Source of the DNA: Cyanidioschyzon merolae
Taxonomy: Eukaryota
Strand: one strand, 5' to 3'
Length of the DNA stretch: 64,000 bases
Assembly: GCA_000091205.1 (NCBI GenBank)
Contig: AP006486.2
Part shown: positions 20,600 to 31,657 of the stretch, in pieces
Layout: each line of letters begins with the position of its first letter
How positions within the stretch are numbered: position 1 is the stretch's first letter
Notes under the pieces: model-generated
Database searches by the model: none
The model's input: only the letters and a program-made list of their open reading frames with translations
What the model was told of the DNA's origin: nothing
Made by a program: the position numbers and the translations under genes

Positions 20600-23125
20600 A
20601 TCAATAGAAAAATTGCCGTCGTTGAAGGGAAACGGGATCGCGATCTTGAGCGTGTTGCTCTCAAGTACAAGTTGCATTTGCGTTAAAGTCATAGCAGAGT
20701 GTACTTTTCAGTTCAGTTATATTTCAACCCTCAGTTTGGTTTATTCAAGTTTTCCTCGCTGTTTATATCAGAGGCGTTGGAGGGAGCGTTGTTTTCCAAA
20801 AAAAACAAAAAAAAGGAAGTTATGAAAAGCAAGTCGATGATCCTGGAGGCCCAGTGTCGCGGGCTGCCAGAAAAAACAGAAAAACAGTGCCAAGTCCAGA
20901 AGAAAAGGAAGAGAAGAAGGACTGAAAGTGGGACGCTCTGCGTCGAAGGCGGCACGAAAGACGACTGTGCGACAAGAAGGTCGTCAAAGTCTGTCTTCTT
21001 AAACATATCAAGGATCCGTACAGGGAAAAGCTGCGAGACGCTATCGAAAACAGTGTTGCGTCATACTCCAAGAGTATTGTCAAGGCGTCTTCAGGACTGA
21101 TGCATATGGCGAGGGAGATGTATCGCGACGTGGCGCAGATGGAAACGGTCGGGATTCCGGACGGGTTTCTCGATAAGACCTTTATTCGACACCTGATGCT
21201 TGGTACAGCGGAAGCGCCGAGGGAAAATGTGCTAGTGCATGCCCTCCACGAAAAACATCCCTTTTAGAGCTTCGACGGTACTCGATACAAAATTGACTGG
21301 TGCATTTACACATACGGAGCGATGAAGTACATCAGGAACCTGAAGAACCATTTTACTATGAACCTCGAACGCTTCATGATACGCGCCGTGTTTGCGCTGT
21401 ACCCTGGCATCGCTCGCAAAGGAAAATGGGCGATTACCAATGGCGTCACGAACGATCGCAAGCATGAACAGGAGATCGAATTCGTCGGAGAGAAGGCGTC
21501 AAACGAGAGCACGAATGAAGCTTCTGTCATCCGTGCGGTTGTAGAAGAGCACCGTGCGGCACTGGGGCTGCTGAGTCCAACAGACAAGATATCAGAGTCG
21601 AAAAAAGATAAGGAAAGATACTATCGCCTCGCCCTGCGCTATTTCGTGTTTCTGGACGGAGAGCTGGAACGCAAGGCGGAAATGAAGCTGAATGAGGAGA
21701 CAAATGAGGAGTGGGAGAGGCGGAAGGCTTTCCTAATGGGGAAGCGCTTCAACGTGGTTCCAATGTGCAACATCAGGTCACATTTCGTGACTATCGATTC
21801 AGGCGTCCTTTACGGCATCATGAGGGAGATCAGTCCCGAGTTCCATGTCAGCAGGGAGGAGTTCTCCGGCGAAAACCGGGAGACGTACTGGAAGAAGAAT
21901 TTCGTCGATTTCAAACGTCTGAAAGTGAGCAAGCGAAAGGTATTCACTGGGATGATCGAAAGCGATGGAGTAGCCATGTCTGTATAGTATCGGCGCTTGA
22001 AGACAGATCGTCCAGCTCCGCCCGTGGCGAAGGATGAAGGTACGAAGAAGGAGGATCCTGCGACACACGAAGTGCACGATAACGGCTTTGTCGTTGACGC
22101 GGCGAAGCATCGAGAAAAGAAGGAGGTGGATCGTGCAACACAGAAAGTGCACGATAACGGCTTTGTCGTTGGCGCGGACCCCGGAAACACAAATATCATA
22201 ACCGTCGCTGTACCCAAGCGTGCGGAAGATAGTGTCGACGACAATTTACGTCATAAAGACAAGCGTCTGCTGATGTTGTCAAGAGCTAGATATTACCGGG
22301 AATCCGGTATAATGAATGCGAGGAAGAAAATCGTTTCATGGAATTCAGGAATGAAAGATCACCTGGAAGCTTCGAGCGAGGTTACGAGCCGAGGAGCCGA
22401 CTTTGAAGCATTTCGGGAGTTCATGGAGGCTCGCGCTGCTCATTGGGATGCCCTGTGGAAAGAATCCACCAAGCCCCGGTGGGCTCGTTTGCGTATGAAT
22501 TTCTGTTGTGGGAAGCAGCGGGCGTTTTCGAACTTTTTCAATCAGTTGAGCGCCCGGAGGGAGAATGAAAGTCAGAGGCTCGTAGTAGCATACGGAGCAG
22601 GGCGCTGGAAGACCCAAAAGGGACTATGCCAGCTCCAACGACAAAAACGTGCAAGGAGTGCGCACGGCGTTTCGTTACGATGCCCGTAGATGACTTCCGA
22701 ACATCGTATACACACCATGGACTGGGGTGTACACTCCAGAGGGTCCAGATGGAAAAGTATTAGCGGAGCCCTGAGGAAATAGCAAAGCACGGACCTTTGA
22801 CGGAAGAGCAAATGGAAAGGAGAGCGAAAGTTCGTGGACTACTCGCATTATTAAGTACATCCAGTGATGGCAAGAAACGGATGGAGTTTGTGAACCGAGA
22901 CATTAATGCCGCTATCAATATAAGGAGACGTGCGGTGCTGGAGAATAGACTTCCAGAGTGGACGAGATAGAATTTTGTTGGACAACCTCTCAAACTCGAA
23001 CTATATGAAAAAATGTTGGAAGAAGTAGTGGGTGGCCGGTCGAGAAAGACTGAGATGCGTCTGCACGTCGGCTGAAGACTCCTTGTCTACGGTGCGTTTG
23101 TCGCCACTACTATACCACTTGCGGC
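20600..23125 (+). mobile_element. TnpB/Fanzor-like element, copy 2 (inverted relative to copy 1, about 97-98% identical)
   Basis: Same ORF set on the plus strand: 'MKYIRNLKNHF...', RuvC-I '[10 protein letters not shown]' (Asp at 22177-22179), and 'RDINAAINIRRRAVLENRLPEWTR' (Asp at 22899-22901). The 5' end is about 25 bp shorter than copies 1 and 3; the homology boundary is near 20625. Confidence 0.7.
20699..22968 (+). pseudogene. Fanzor/TnpB-like nuclease gene, disrupted
   Basis: Nonsense TAG at 21985-21987 (copy 1 has 'cac' His). A frameshift near 22610 replaces 'ASKKGITPAPTTKTCKECARRF' with 'KTQKGLCQLQRQKRARSA'. The in-frame TAG is at 22751-22753. Confidence 0.6.
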
Positions 23126-23194
23126 AGCAACGTTTTTCTTTCGAAAGGCGTTCGCTAGCAGCCTTCGATGATGCGTTCTTCGGGAACAGCTGCG

Positions 23195-23880
23195 TTTTTT
23201 TTTCTGATGAAAAAATGGTTAGATTCACTATGGATCCCAGAATTCGGAATGGATAATGGCTTTCGGGAAAGCGTCCACGATGAAGCGCCTACCTTCAAGT
23301 TCTATCACGCATACTTCCTCTCGGATATACTGGTCGTTTCGTATATTCTATCGTGCGCCGAGCCTGCCGTGAACACCCGCCGTAGCGCTTATACCACTGA
23401 AGCAGATGCCACACGGAGACAGAACGGCTTTGCCATACCACTGAAGGCATCGACTCGAGGCGTGGTTCCTCCGACGTGGGGTCGGAGTACATAATATATC
23501 TGGGAGCCTGTAAGCTGCGCAGACAGACGCACTGCCTGTGGCAGCGCGGAGCGATCTACAAGGAGTCCACTGTGACCACGGAGACGCCCAGACGCAGCAT
23601 CCTGCTCCAAGTCCCCGAATGAAATGCGTTGCGGACGAGTTGTGCAGGTATCGCCACAAAACCTGCCATTGGAGGAAGCATGAAGCACTAGCTAGCCCCG
23701 AAGACTCGTCCGGCTCGCGGGACCTTCCGCCTAGAAGGTAAAGTTTCGAAGATGCGGAAACTTTCCCCCTTTTCCATGAGTCATATCAAGGTCGAAAGAA
23801 ACTGTTATCGAGTTGCTAGTCAGTTGTTAGTTTCTGTTCTTTCGTCTCTAGGAGAAAGCTCGCTGCTCACGGTCGGGCAC
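23195..23880 (-). mobile_element. SINE-like non-autonomous retroposon, copy A (about 0.68 kb) with A-rich tail
   Basis: Collinear (about 85% identity by eye) with 29325..29990 and, in reverse, 49770..50455. The tail on the element strand is 'catcagaaaaaaa' (plus-strand T-run at 23203-23210). Confidence 0.5.
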
Positions 23881-24251
23881 AACTCGAGGGCCCACCAGTT
23901 CGAAAACTGGCTATTGCTGCTGCTGCCCCTATGCAACGCGCTGGAGTGCGCTCGCTCTACAACCTCCTGTCCGCGCCCTTGGCCAAAACTGACCACCTGT
24001 GATCAACGCGCGATCGCAGCGTTGTGTGGTTGCGTCGCTTCGCGAGGAAGCGCGCAGGCCCACGACCCGTGTGCGGATGACGCCGACATTGAGATCGCGC
24101 TCGCGATGGCGATCGCAAACAGACTTCAGGGCTCGCCGTTGTGCTCGCGACTCTGTTTCGTGAACAAAGCCTGCGCACTTAGCACGCTCATTTTATATCG
24201 ATTCATTTAGGAGCGCCAGCAGTGATCTAGAAGGAGAATAGAAGCGCTACA

Positions 24252-25328
24252 ATGTTGAGGTGCGACTTTTGTGAGACGACGGAGACGCCATTATGGCGCG
24301 CGGGCCCTCGCGGACCCAAGACTCTGTGTAACGCCTGTGGCGTGAAGTGGAAAAAGGGGAAGCTTGATGGCTTCGGTCCCGGTGCCTGTAATGTGCCCAG
24401 AACGCACACGGGAAAGAGGCATCCGCGAGCGGTATATGGAAGACCTCGTCGAGCAGGTGCCGTCGCGGATGCGCTGGAACTGCCTTCCCCGGAACGCAGC
24501 CTCAGCAAGTTCCGGGGAAGCGTCCGTCCGGGTTGGTATGTGCCGTCCGAACTCGAGTACTCTGGCAGAATTCAACACCCGAGGCGGAGTAGCTCGCCGC
24601 CTGAAACACGCTGTGCGTACGTTGACGTTGATCGTGAGGACTCAGCACCGGTCGTGCGAGAGCAGTTTGCGCCCTCTGTTTTCGCACCCAGTATTCCTTG
24701 TCGCGGAGAGAGCGCGCCTCTTAATATTGTGCGAAAGGATGCAGGTCGTGGTCCCGGAACACAACATACAACGTTACCGGCGGACCACTTGATTCGTGAG
24801 TCGCTGTTCGTTCGCGTCGATAGTGAACGGGCGTTGGCGTCGGACCCCATTGGGTATCCAGCGGCGATACCGTCCTGGGATGACGTCTCCATTGAATCGC
24901 TCTCCGAGGATGGTGACGGTGCCGACAACTACCATGACTTGGAGCTGAACCTGCCCGAACAAATGCCTCTGCCCGACGCTGCGCATACAAGTACGCACGT
25001 CCTCGGAGGTGAGCATGACTGGCGTCACGCCCAAGGCGCTGCATCTGGGGAAACTGCCTTGCCACTGCCACTGCCGCTGGCACCCGCGAAAGGCTCACTA
25101 ACGAAAACCATGGAACGTGAGCCTGTGGATGCTGCTACCAAAGGTGTCCGTCTGCTCCTAGATGCAGCGCGGTACGTGGAGTACGCGAGCAGCCCGCTCT
25201 CGTCGCAGTGGTCACCCCTGAGATCGGCATCGTCCAGCGCTCCGCCGTATCACCAGGCTGGTACCTCGTCCCCGAACCGTCTCACACCATCCTATCTAAC
25301 ACCAATGGTGCTGGAGAAGGACTGGTAA
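24252..25328 (+). CDS. GATA-type zinc-finger transcription factor
   Basis: The N-terminus 'CDFCETTETPLWRAGPRGPKTLCNACGVKWKKGKL' is a canonical C-x2-C-x17-C-x2-C GATA finger including the TPLWR and LCNACG motifs; the rest is low-complexity Ser/Pro/Ala-rich. Confidence 0.7.
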   Translation: MLRCDFCETTETPLWRAGPRGPKTLCNACGVKWKKGKLDGFGPGACNVPRTHTGKRHPRAVYGRPRRAGAVADALELPSPERSLSKFRGSVRPGWYVPSELEYSGRIQHPRRSSSPPETRCAYVDVDREDSAPVVREQFAPSVFAPSIPCRGESAPLNIVRKDAGRGPGTQHTTLPADHLIRESLFVRVDSERALASDPIGYPAAIPSWDDVSIESLSEDGDGADNYHDLELNLPEQMPLPDAAHTSTHVLGGEHDWRHAQGAASGETALPLPLPLAPAKGSLTKTMEREPVDAATKGVRLLLDAARYVEYASSPLSSQWSPLRSASSSAPPYHQAGTSSPNRLTPSYLTPMVLEKDW

Positions 25329-25364
25329 CGCATGTGAGTGGGTATTCGCCTGCCCCGCCGAGCG

Positions 25365-25540
25365 GATCATTGTCCATGGACGAGGCGTTCGGCGTACGTC
25401 ATCAGATGTGCAGCGTTTAACGCGAACGACGAGAGCACCTCCCGCGCTTCCGCGAAGGGAAGCATTGTCCACGGACAAGGCGTGTGCGGATGCGTCATCA
25501 GTTATGCAGCGCTTTACGGCAACGGTGCGAGCACGTCGCA
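25365..25540. repeat. Diverged tandem duplication (2 x about 85 bp) just after the GATA gene stop
   Basis: '..cattgtcca.ggac.aggcgt...cgtcatcag.t.tgcagcg.tt.acg..aacg..gagcac' occurs twice consecutively. Confidence 0.45.
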
Positions 25541-27641
25541 CCCGAGTCCCGTAGGTGCGCCTGTGTCGTGTGCGTTTACGAATGCGCATCCGTGACATTC
25601 GTGTCCCGCGTTACCGTCAGACACGCACACACGAAGCGTGTTGCCACTGAGCTGCCGTGCAATAGCGGCACGCTCTTCTAATCTCTAATCCTTAACCTTT
25701 TGAAACAACTGAAACTTTCAACCTCATTTCTATTTTACCCACACACGGTCTCCTGACATGAACTACAAATGTGATGTGGTCAAAAGAAGACGCATTCAGT
25801 CAGAAATATCGCTGATATGCGAGCGCCGACTTGGTACTAGTGCCGACGCTGTGCGTACCTCGACAGTGGACAGGCAGGGAGGCACACGGAGGTCATGTTG
25901 AACACAAATGCCGTGGCGGTATGGTGTTCGACTCCTGCCACCCGCTGGTCTCTTATCGAGGCCGCACTGATGCTGCTTGCCTGTTCGCGTCGTCGGTGCG
26001 TGCGCCGAGCGGCGGCAAAGCCTGTGCTTCGTATGTAACTTAGATTGAACGCATACCCGCAGATATCAAGTATGCTAACTCGTTTAACAGTAAAACTCAC
26101 CGAGTGTCTCTTGAACGAGTGCTGTTCTGTTCATCGCGCTGCGCATGGACTTGTTCTGGGAACGCTGCGTACCGCTCTTGACCACAGACATGCGGCTGTA
26201 TGGTGCGATACGCAGCGGACATCATCGCAGAGACAGTGTCCTAGATATTGGTAAAAGACAGTGATCACATCGGAGGCAGCTTCTAGTATCGCAGCGCAAG
26301 GGCGATGATCGCAGCGGGGGCGCATCCCGCAGGGCAGCACGAAGTTTGACCGAGAAACTGCTGGTGTGTGACTAGCCTCTCTCCGCATACACTCCAGGCC
26401 ATTAAGCAACGGGTCACGAACACCTGCAAAAACGATCGATTTTAGAGCTGTGCTTGAAGGCCATCGCCCCAGGCCCTGGACACGACTACTCGCAGAACTG
26501 CATAACCGGGACCGAAGAGAACCTGCTCCAGCATAATGTTCGGGTCATCGGTGTTTGTTGACAAGTCGGCGGTGGCTCGAGCTGCTCCATCAGTCCGTTC
26601 AGGAAGCTTCGCTCGCGACGTGTGTCCCGGGAAGCGATCGAACAGCCCTTCATTACAGAACGTTCACTTCCAGGCTTCCAAACTCGATATCGCGGTGGCA
26701 AGAGTGATCAGTGATGTACGTTCCACTGGCGCCGTTCTTGCCCCGTTGGCGCTACCAGCGACACACGAAAAACCACCTGTGGCGTTCTGCAGCAACGCCT
26801 GCTGTATCGGAAGTGCATGGCTTTAAACGAACGCGAAGCGTTACCAGGTGAGGTTTCATTGCAGCTCACGGGCTCGATGTTCTCGAGCAGCCTCGAGCCG
26901 TACGAGCGATCGCGACGAGCAGTCAAAACGAGACTGTGTTGCCTGGCTGCGAGGGGCGGCGTTCGTTCGGATTCCCTCGTTCAAAACACTACTGAACGCG
27001 ACTCTGCGTTTACCATCGGACGAAATCGCAGGCATTCGTTGAAGTTTATAAGAATGCTCGATGGGAGCGCATACTCCTGCTCTATTGCCAAGGTGTTCAT
27101 TGCCCAAGGCGATGGATGCTTTCTTCGCGAGCGCCAACGTCCACAACGAATGCACGTGCGTTTGTTGCGCATCGCCCGAAGCGTAGGTTGTCCCACACGC
27201 GGCTGCAGTTCGCAACAAAAATCGCCACAGACCCCTGTCGAACGTCTGTCAGAGAGATGGACTGGAAGCGCCGGCAAAGGCCAGCAGCAATCCCGCATCC
27301 GAACGAGACCTGCTAGCTTCATGAGTCTTAGATCAGGAGTCACCACGACGACTTCGGGCAGCGTGACCGCGCTATCCAAGCTTGCCGATGCGTCATCGCG
27401 TCAAAAGTGAGCGTCTTTGCTGCACACGATGCTCATGGCTTATGTCTGCAACACATTCGATTAGGACAGCTTCGCAAGCACCAGCTACGCACATCACCAC
27501 CGCATAACTGCAGTACAATAGGCAGCGAATCGCATGCCAGGCCGCTTATCGACCCAGCTATGCTTCTGTCTACTGCAGAGGCCATGGATCAGAACTCGCT
27601 GGAGTCTGGGCAGCGCCTTTGCTGGTGACTGCACCATGCCA

Positions 27642-29183
27642 CTACGGGATCTCCTCGGGGAGCACCGGGGACGCTGCCCCGAACACCCTTTGGATGTAGT
27701 CATTATCGAATCCTTGAAAAATTTGCTCACGTTCTGCAGTTGCCTTTGAACTGCCAATGCCAGCCTCTGGCACTGCATGTTCTGAATTGTCCGAAAGCGT
27801 GGTGTCTGTAGCGCATGTATGCCGACCAAGCGACAAGTGATGGCGACGAGCGCCGTGCTCACGTAGTGCCGCTTCAATGAGGGCTGGATTGGAACGCTCT
27901 TCTTTCTTGAATTTGTTCTTGATTTGTTTTCGGTTTCGATTGGGAAAGAGCTGCTCAATCATAGAATAGTTTTGACCGAAAGCTCGTAGCGCACGATAGA
28001 AAAGCGCAGTCTCCTCAGGCGGCCAGCGCTCACAAGAGGCGCGATTCGTGAAGGACGCAATGGTCGCAGCACCGCGGCGAGGCGCTCCAGTATGCGTTTC
28101 AACAGAGATGTTCTCGTTCTCTGCTGGACGCTGCTCGCTCGTTATGGCAGTGCGCAGAAGTCTCTGCTGCTCAGCGCGTATCGCTCGACGGTGGCGCTGG
28201 ACACGGCGCTGCAGATCGCACTCGACCGACGCTGGACCCGAAGCCGCTGACGCCATCGAAGCGTTACCTCCCACCGCACCAGCATGATCTGAATGCTGTT
28301 CAGGGTGCACGCTTTCTTGTCCAGCATCAGCGTGCGCATCCGCCACATGCGAAGCGGTGACGACTAACGAGCGCTCATCCAGGACAAGGTTGCCGCGATT
28401 ATCTAAGCGGACCTGTGGTGCAAGAACGACGGTATCTGCACCAGGGATCCGTCGGTCGAGCCTGTCGGATTGTGTGTCCTCCACGATAGCAGGCGATTCA
28501 TAGAGTCGTTCAGGAACCAACACATCACGTGTGGCTGGTGCCCCTGATACACCGCCTTGCCTAGGCGATGGGCCCTCGGTCTCTGCGGGTATCTGCAACC
28601 CGATGTCTTTCGCAGACGCTTCCGCAACTGTTTCTTCAGAGCCAGGTGAGCAGTGTGCGGTACCCGTACGGTTGTCAGCCTGTCGTCGACGGCGGTCCAC
28701 AGTTGGAGTGCGGTTGACGGGGCGCTGGCGGCTTCGTACGAGTTCTCGGATCCCTAGAGAGAGAGGATCAACGCTCATGGCTCCCGTATAACTTTTCTCA
28801 GCGTCTACTGCGCTTGCATCACTTGGTCGCGAGTGGCCCAGGCTGCTTCCGCCCGTCATTCGCGTGCGTTCAACATCCTGCACGAACCGAGACAACGGCG
28901 GAGAGACTAGCAGCCGTGTCATACCGCCCTGTTCAGAGACAGCTTCAGCGTCCAAATAGTCGTCCGAGCCGACATCAACTTCGGGGACGCTGCGTTGACC
29001 CGGAACTACGTGACTTGCGACCTCCGAGTGAGGAGCTTCGTTGACTCCCACAGTGCCGCTGGACGGGTGCGTGTTCGGCGACCTTGGGGTCTGCCGCGGC
29101 ACACGCCGTTGGCGCTTTCGCGAAGCACCCTCTGGCGGTAGTGAGGCTACCAACTCGATATTTTCAGTTGGTGAAGTCGACAT
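27642..29183 (-). CDS. SANT/Myb-domain protein, Bdp1-like (TFIIIB B'' subunit-type SANT)
   Basis: The 513-aa ORF contains 'ERWPPEETALFYRALRAFGQNYSMIEQLFPNRNRKQIKNKFKKEERSNPALIEAAL', which fits the Bdp1-type SANT (Myb_DNA-bind_7) signature W..EE..Fy.al..fG.d...I..lFp.R.RkQiKnKfkkEe..nP. The remainder is disordered and Ser/Arg/Pro-rich. Confidence 0.55.
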   Translation of the reverse strand: MSTSPTENIELVASLPPEGASRKRQRRVPRQTPRSPNTHPSSGTVGVNEAPHSEVASHVVPGQRSVPEVDVGSDDYLDAEAVSEQGGMTRLLVSPPLSRFVQDVERTRMTGGSSLGHSRPSDASAVDAEKSYTGAMSVDPLSLGIRELVRSRQRPVNRTPTVDRRRRQADNRTGTAHCSPGSEETVAEASAKDIGLQIPAETEGPSPRQGGVSGAPATRDVLVPERLYESPAIVEDTQSDRLDRRIPGADTVVLAPQVRLDNRGNLVLDERSLVVTASHVADAHADAGQESVHPEQHSDHAGAVGGNASMASAASGPASVECDLQRRVQRHRRAIRAEQQRLLRTAITSEQRPAENENISVETHTGAPRRGAATIASFTNRASCERWPPEETALFYRALRAFGQNYSMIEQLFPNRNRKQIKNKFKKEERSNPALIEAALREHGARRHHLSLGRHTCATDTTLSDNSEHAVPEAGIGSSKATAEREQIFQGFDNDYIQRVFGAASPVLPEEIP

Positions 29184-29324
29184 GTCACCCTGCAGCTGAA
29201 AGCACAGGCGAAACGGCGCTTTCCTGAACCGCTACCAGCCACGTAGATACAGCACTTTGAGCATTGAAAAAGTAAGGCTGCGGGCGCCTGCCGCAGTGCC
29301 GGTGCGCTGGCTCTGTTATCCCTT

Positions 29325-29990
29325 TTTTTCGATGACGAAACGTTTATATGGACCGTGGATCCCAGATTGCTGAATCCATACAGGCTTTCGGGAATGTTTC
29401 CATTATGCAGGGCAATACTCCCAAGTTCCGTCACGTATACTTCCTTTCGGATATACTGGTCGTGTTGTACATGCTATCGTTCACAGAGTACCCGCTGTGA
29501 GCGCTCGCCGTAGCGCCTTTACCGCTGGTGCGGATGAAGCGCGGAGACGGAACGGCGTTGGTATGCCCATAGACATGTAGGCTCGAGGCATGGTGCACCT
29601 GATACGGTGTCGGAGTACGTAGTAATTCTGGGAGCCTGCAAACTGCGTAGACAGACCTACTGCCTGCGGTACCGGGAGGCGATAAACTAGGAGTCCACCG
29701 CGACCGGGGTGATATCCAGATGCAGCTTAACTGCCCCTAGTCCTGGAATAAACTGCACTGCGGACGAGTTGCTCAGATCTCACTGAGGCACGAGGCACAG
29801 TGGGGAGCAAGAAGCGCAAGCGCGGCAAACTCGTCCGGCTCACGGGACCTTCCGCCTGGAAGGTAAACTAGCGATAATACGGAAACCTTTTCCCCTTTTA
29901 CCGTCTACGTTAGAGAGGGAAAGAAATCGCTATCTCGTTCCTAGTTCGTGGTTCGTCTCTGTTCTCTTTTCTATCCCACATCAATCTATG
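29325..29990 (-). mobile_element. SINE-like retroposon, copy B
   Basis: Homologous to copy A over its full length ('ggatcccagattgctgaatcc...', 'gtccggctcacgggaccttccgcctggaaggtaaac...'). A-rich tail on the element strand (plus-strand 'ccttttttt' at 29325-29333). Confidence 0.5.
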
Positions 29991-30049
29991 ATACCGAATC
30001 GCAGCTCGAGACGCTTCAGCGGTAGACATGTTCAATACACTTGGTGCGG

Positions 30050-30290
30050 TGTGCCTGCATGCTAGGGTGCGTTATTCGGATATGAACGTGTGTCTCTTGC
30101 ACCTCTGGCGGGTATTTTCACGAACGCTACCTGGGGAGGTTTCGAGCACCTGCACGCCACGATGCAGTGTTCCGATACCTGGGTTTACCTTTTGGCACCT
30201 CGTGGACGCATTTCCATGCACCCTTCACGGGCAGGTTTCGTGCAATTGCATGCTATGGCGTGGTGCTGGAATGCAAAAACGTGTCATTTG
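30050..30290. repeat. Degenerate minisatellite (about 7 units of about 28-35 bp, core 'tgcacctc.gg...')
   Basis: Recurrent 'ttgcacctctggcgg', 'gagcacctgcacgcc', 'tggcacctcgtggacg', 'atgcacccttcacggg', 'ttgcatgctatggcg' units. The ORF 30028..30330 over it is probably an artefact. Confidence 0.4.
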
Positions 30291-31657
30291 TGTCGTATGT
30301 CGGGGCTGTATACACGAGATCTGTTCATGACTGCAGATAAAGCGCGGTTTATGGCTCGCTATGCGATTACGTTCCCGTATCCGGAAGCGTTTGGCGAAAG
30401 CCCCGTTCGAACTTCGCTAACAGCGCAGGATGCCCATGACTTGTGTTTGCGGAGAACTCGTTCGTTCTGTCTGTCTCCGCAAGTCTCCCGGCAGATGCAT
30501 ACGAACATGGATTCTTGGCCGCTGCACCATATGGAATTTCCCGACGAATGCACCATCTGATGTAGAGCTCTTCTCGGATCGAGTTTCGCGAACGAGTCGC
30601 TCCACGACGTCCCAGACAGCTTTGTACGACTAGAAGAGTGTTGGAGCATCTTGCAGTCCAGAGAGATGTTCCCGTATCATGACCAAGCAACACGGCGCCC
30701 TCATGGAGCAAGTCGAAGTGCTCACCTCTAGCGCACGCTCTCCTGTGCGCCCCCTGGTACTTGCAACGCTCGTTCGCTCGAGTCCAGCGATGGATGCTGC
30801 TGTCTCACATGTACCTCACAAGCGAATCTCCGCTGCCTTGTCTGGGCGTCTCGAATGCGATGCTCGACGCTTTAGCGCCGAATCGTAGGTGCCAGTCGGG
30901 CACCGCCCGGTAATCCGCTCGGACTATGCGTTATGCGTCTCGTCAATCTAAACGAGGACCATTGCAATACGCTTGGAACTGCTGCACGGGTCAAGTGATG
31001 TGCCACGGTCAGCGCCGACCTGGGACTCGCTCCAAGCCACTTGTCCGTGTTGCATCGATCAGCGCTCATGCCGTGCACACGATGCTACCCCGAATTCCTA
31101 TTACACGCTTCATTTGGACGACCAGTGAGCATCCAAACAGCCGCTCACTTCAGGCTCTGGTGAATCCTCCGTACAAGGGGCGCTTGCACGACGATTTCTT
31201 TTCGCACTGGAAGAGCGGTCGGCCTCGTGACCCTGTTCGCTCGTTAGTCGACCAGTTGCTCAGGACCAGCACCCATCAGATGTCAACAAGACGTCACCTT
31301 CAGGGAATACCAAGCCCGTAGACCAACACATTCTGCAGGGAGTACCGAGCGCAGAGTATTTCTGATTAAAGCTTGCCTTACAAATGCCCAATGCATAGCT
31401 TCGTTGTATGAGGACACCAGCTTCTGCAAGGCGTGCTCCAGTCAGAAAGATTCTGCTTTGGGTACGCCATACACAAAAGCCCACTGCATAGCTTCATCCT
31501 ACAAGAAGGGCTGTCACGACGGCCTTGCGTCTGTTCTGGCAGCAGCGTCGGGTGCGCAACGTTGCGTCGTGGTGCGGTAGGGCCGCAAAGAACAGCAACG
31601 AAGGCTGTGCTTGGGGGGTTTTTTATCCCGGCAAAGAGCTCTTTTCGAGATTGGAAT

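Noticed and set aside
17186-22753. TAG reassigned to Gln, which would make the Fanzor ORFs intact
   Set aside because: Rab7 (and the small TM ORF) terminate at TAG exactly where homologues end, and other genes use TAA/TGA at conserved C-termini. TAG is therefore a genuine stop in this genome; the in-frame TAG is a lesion or a readthrough site.
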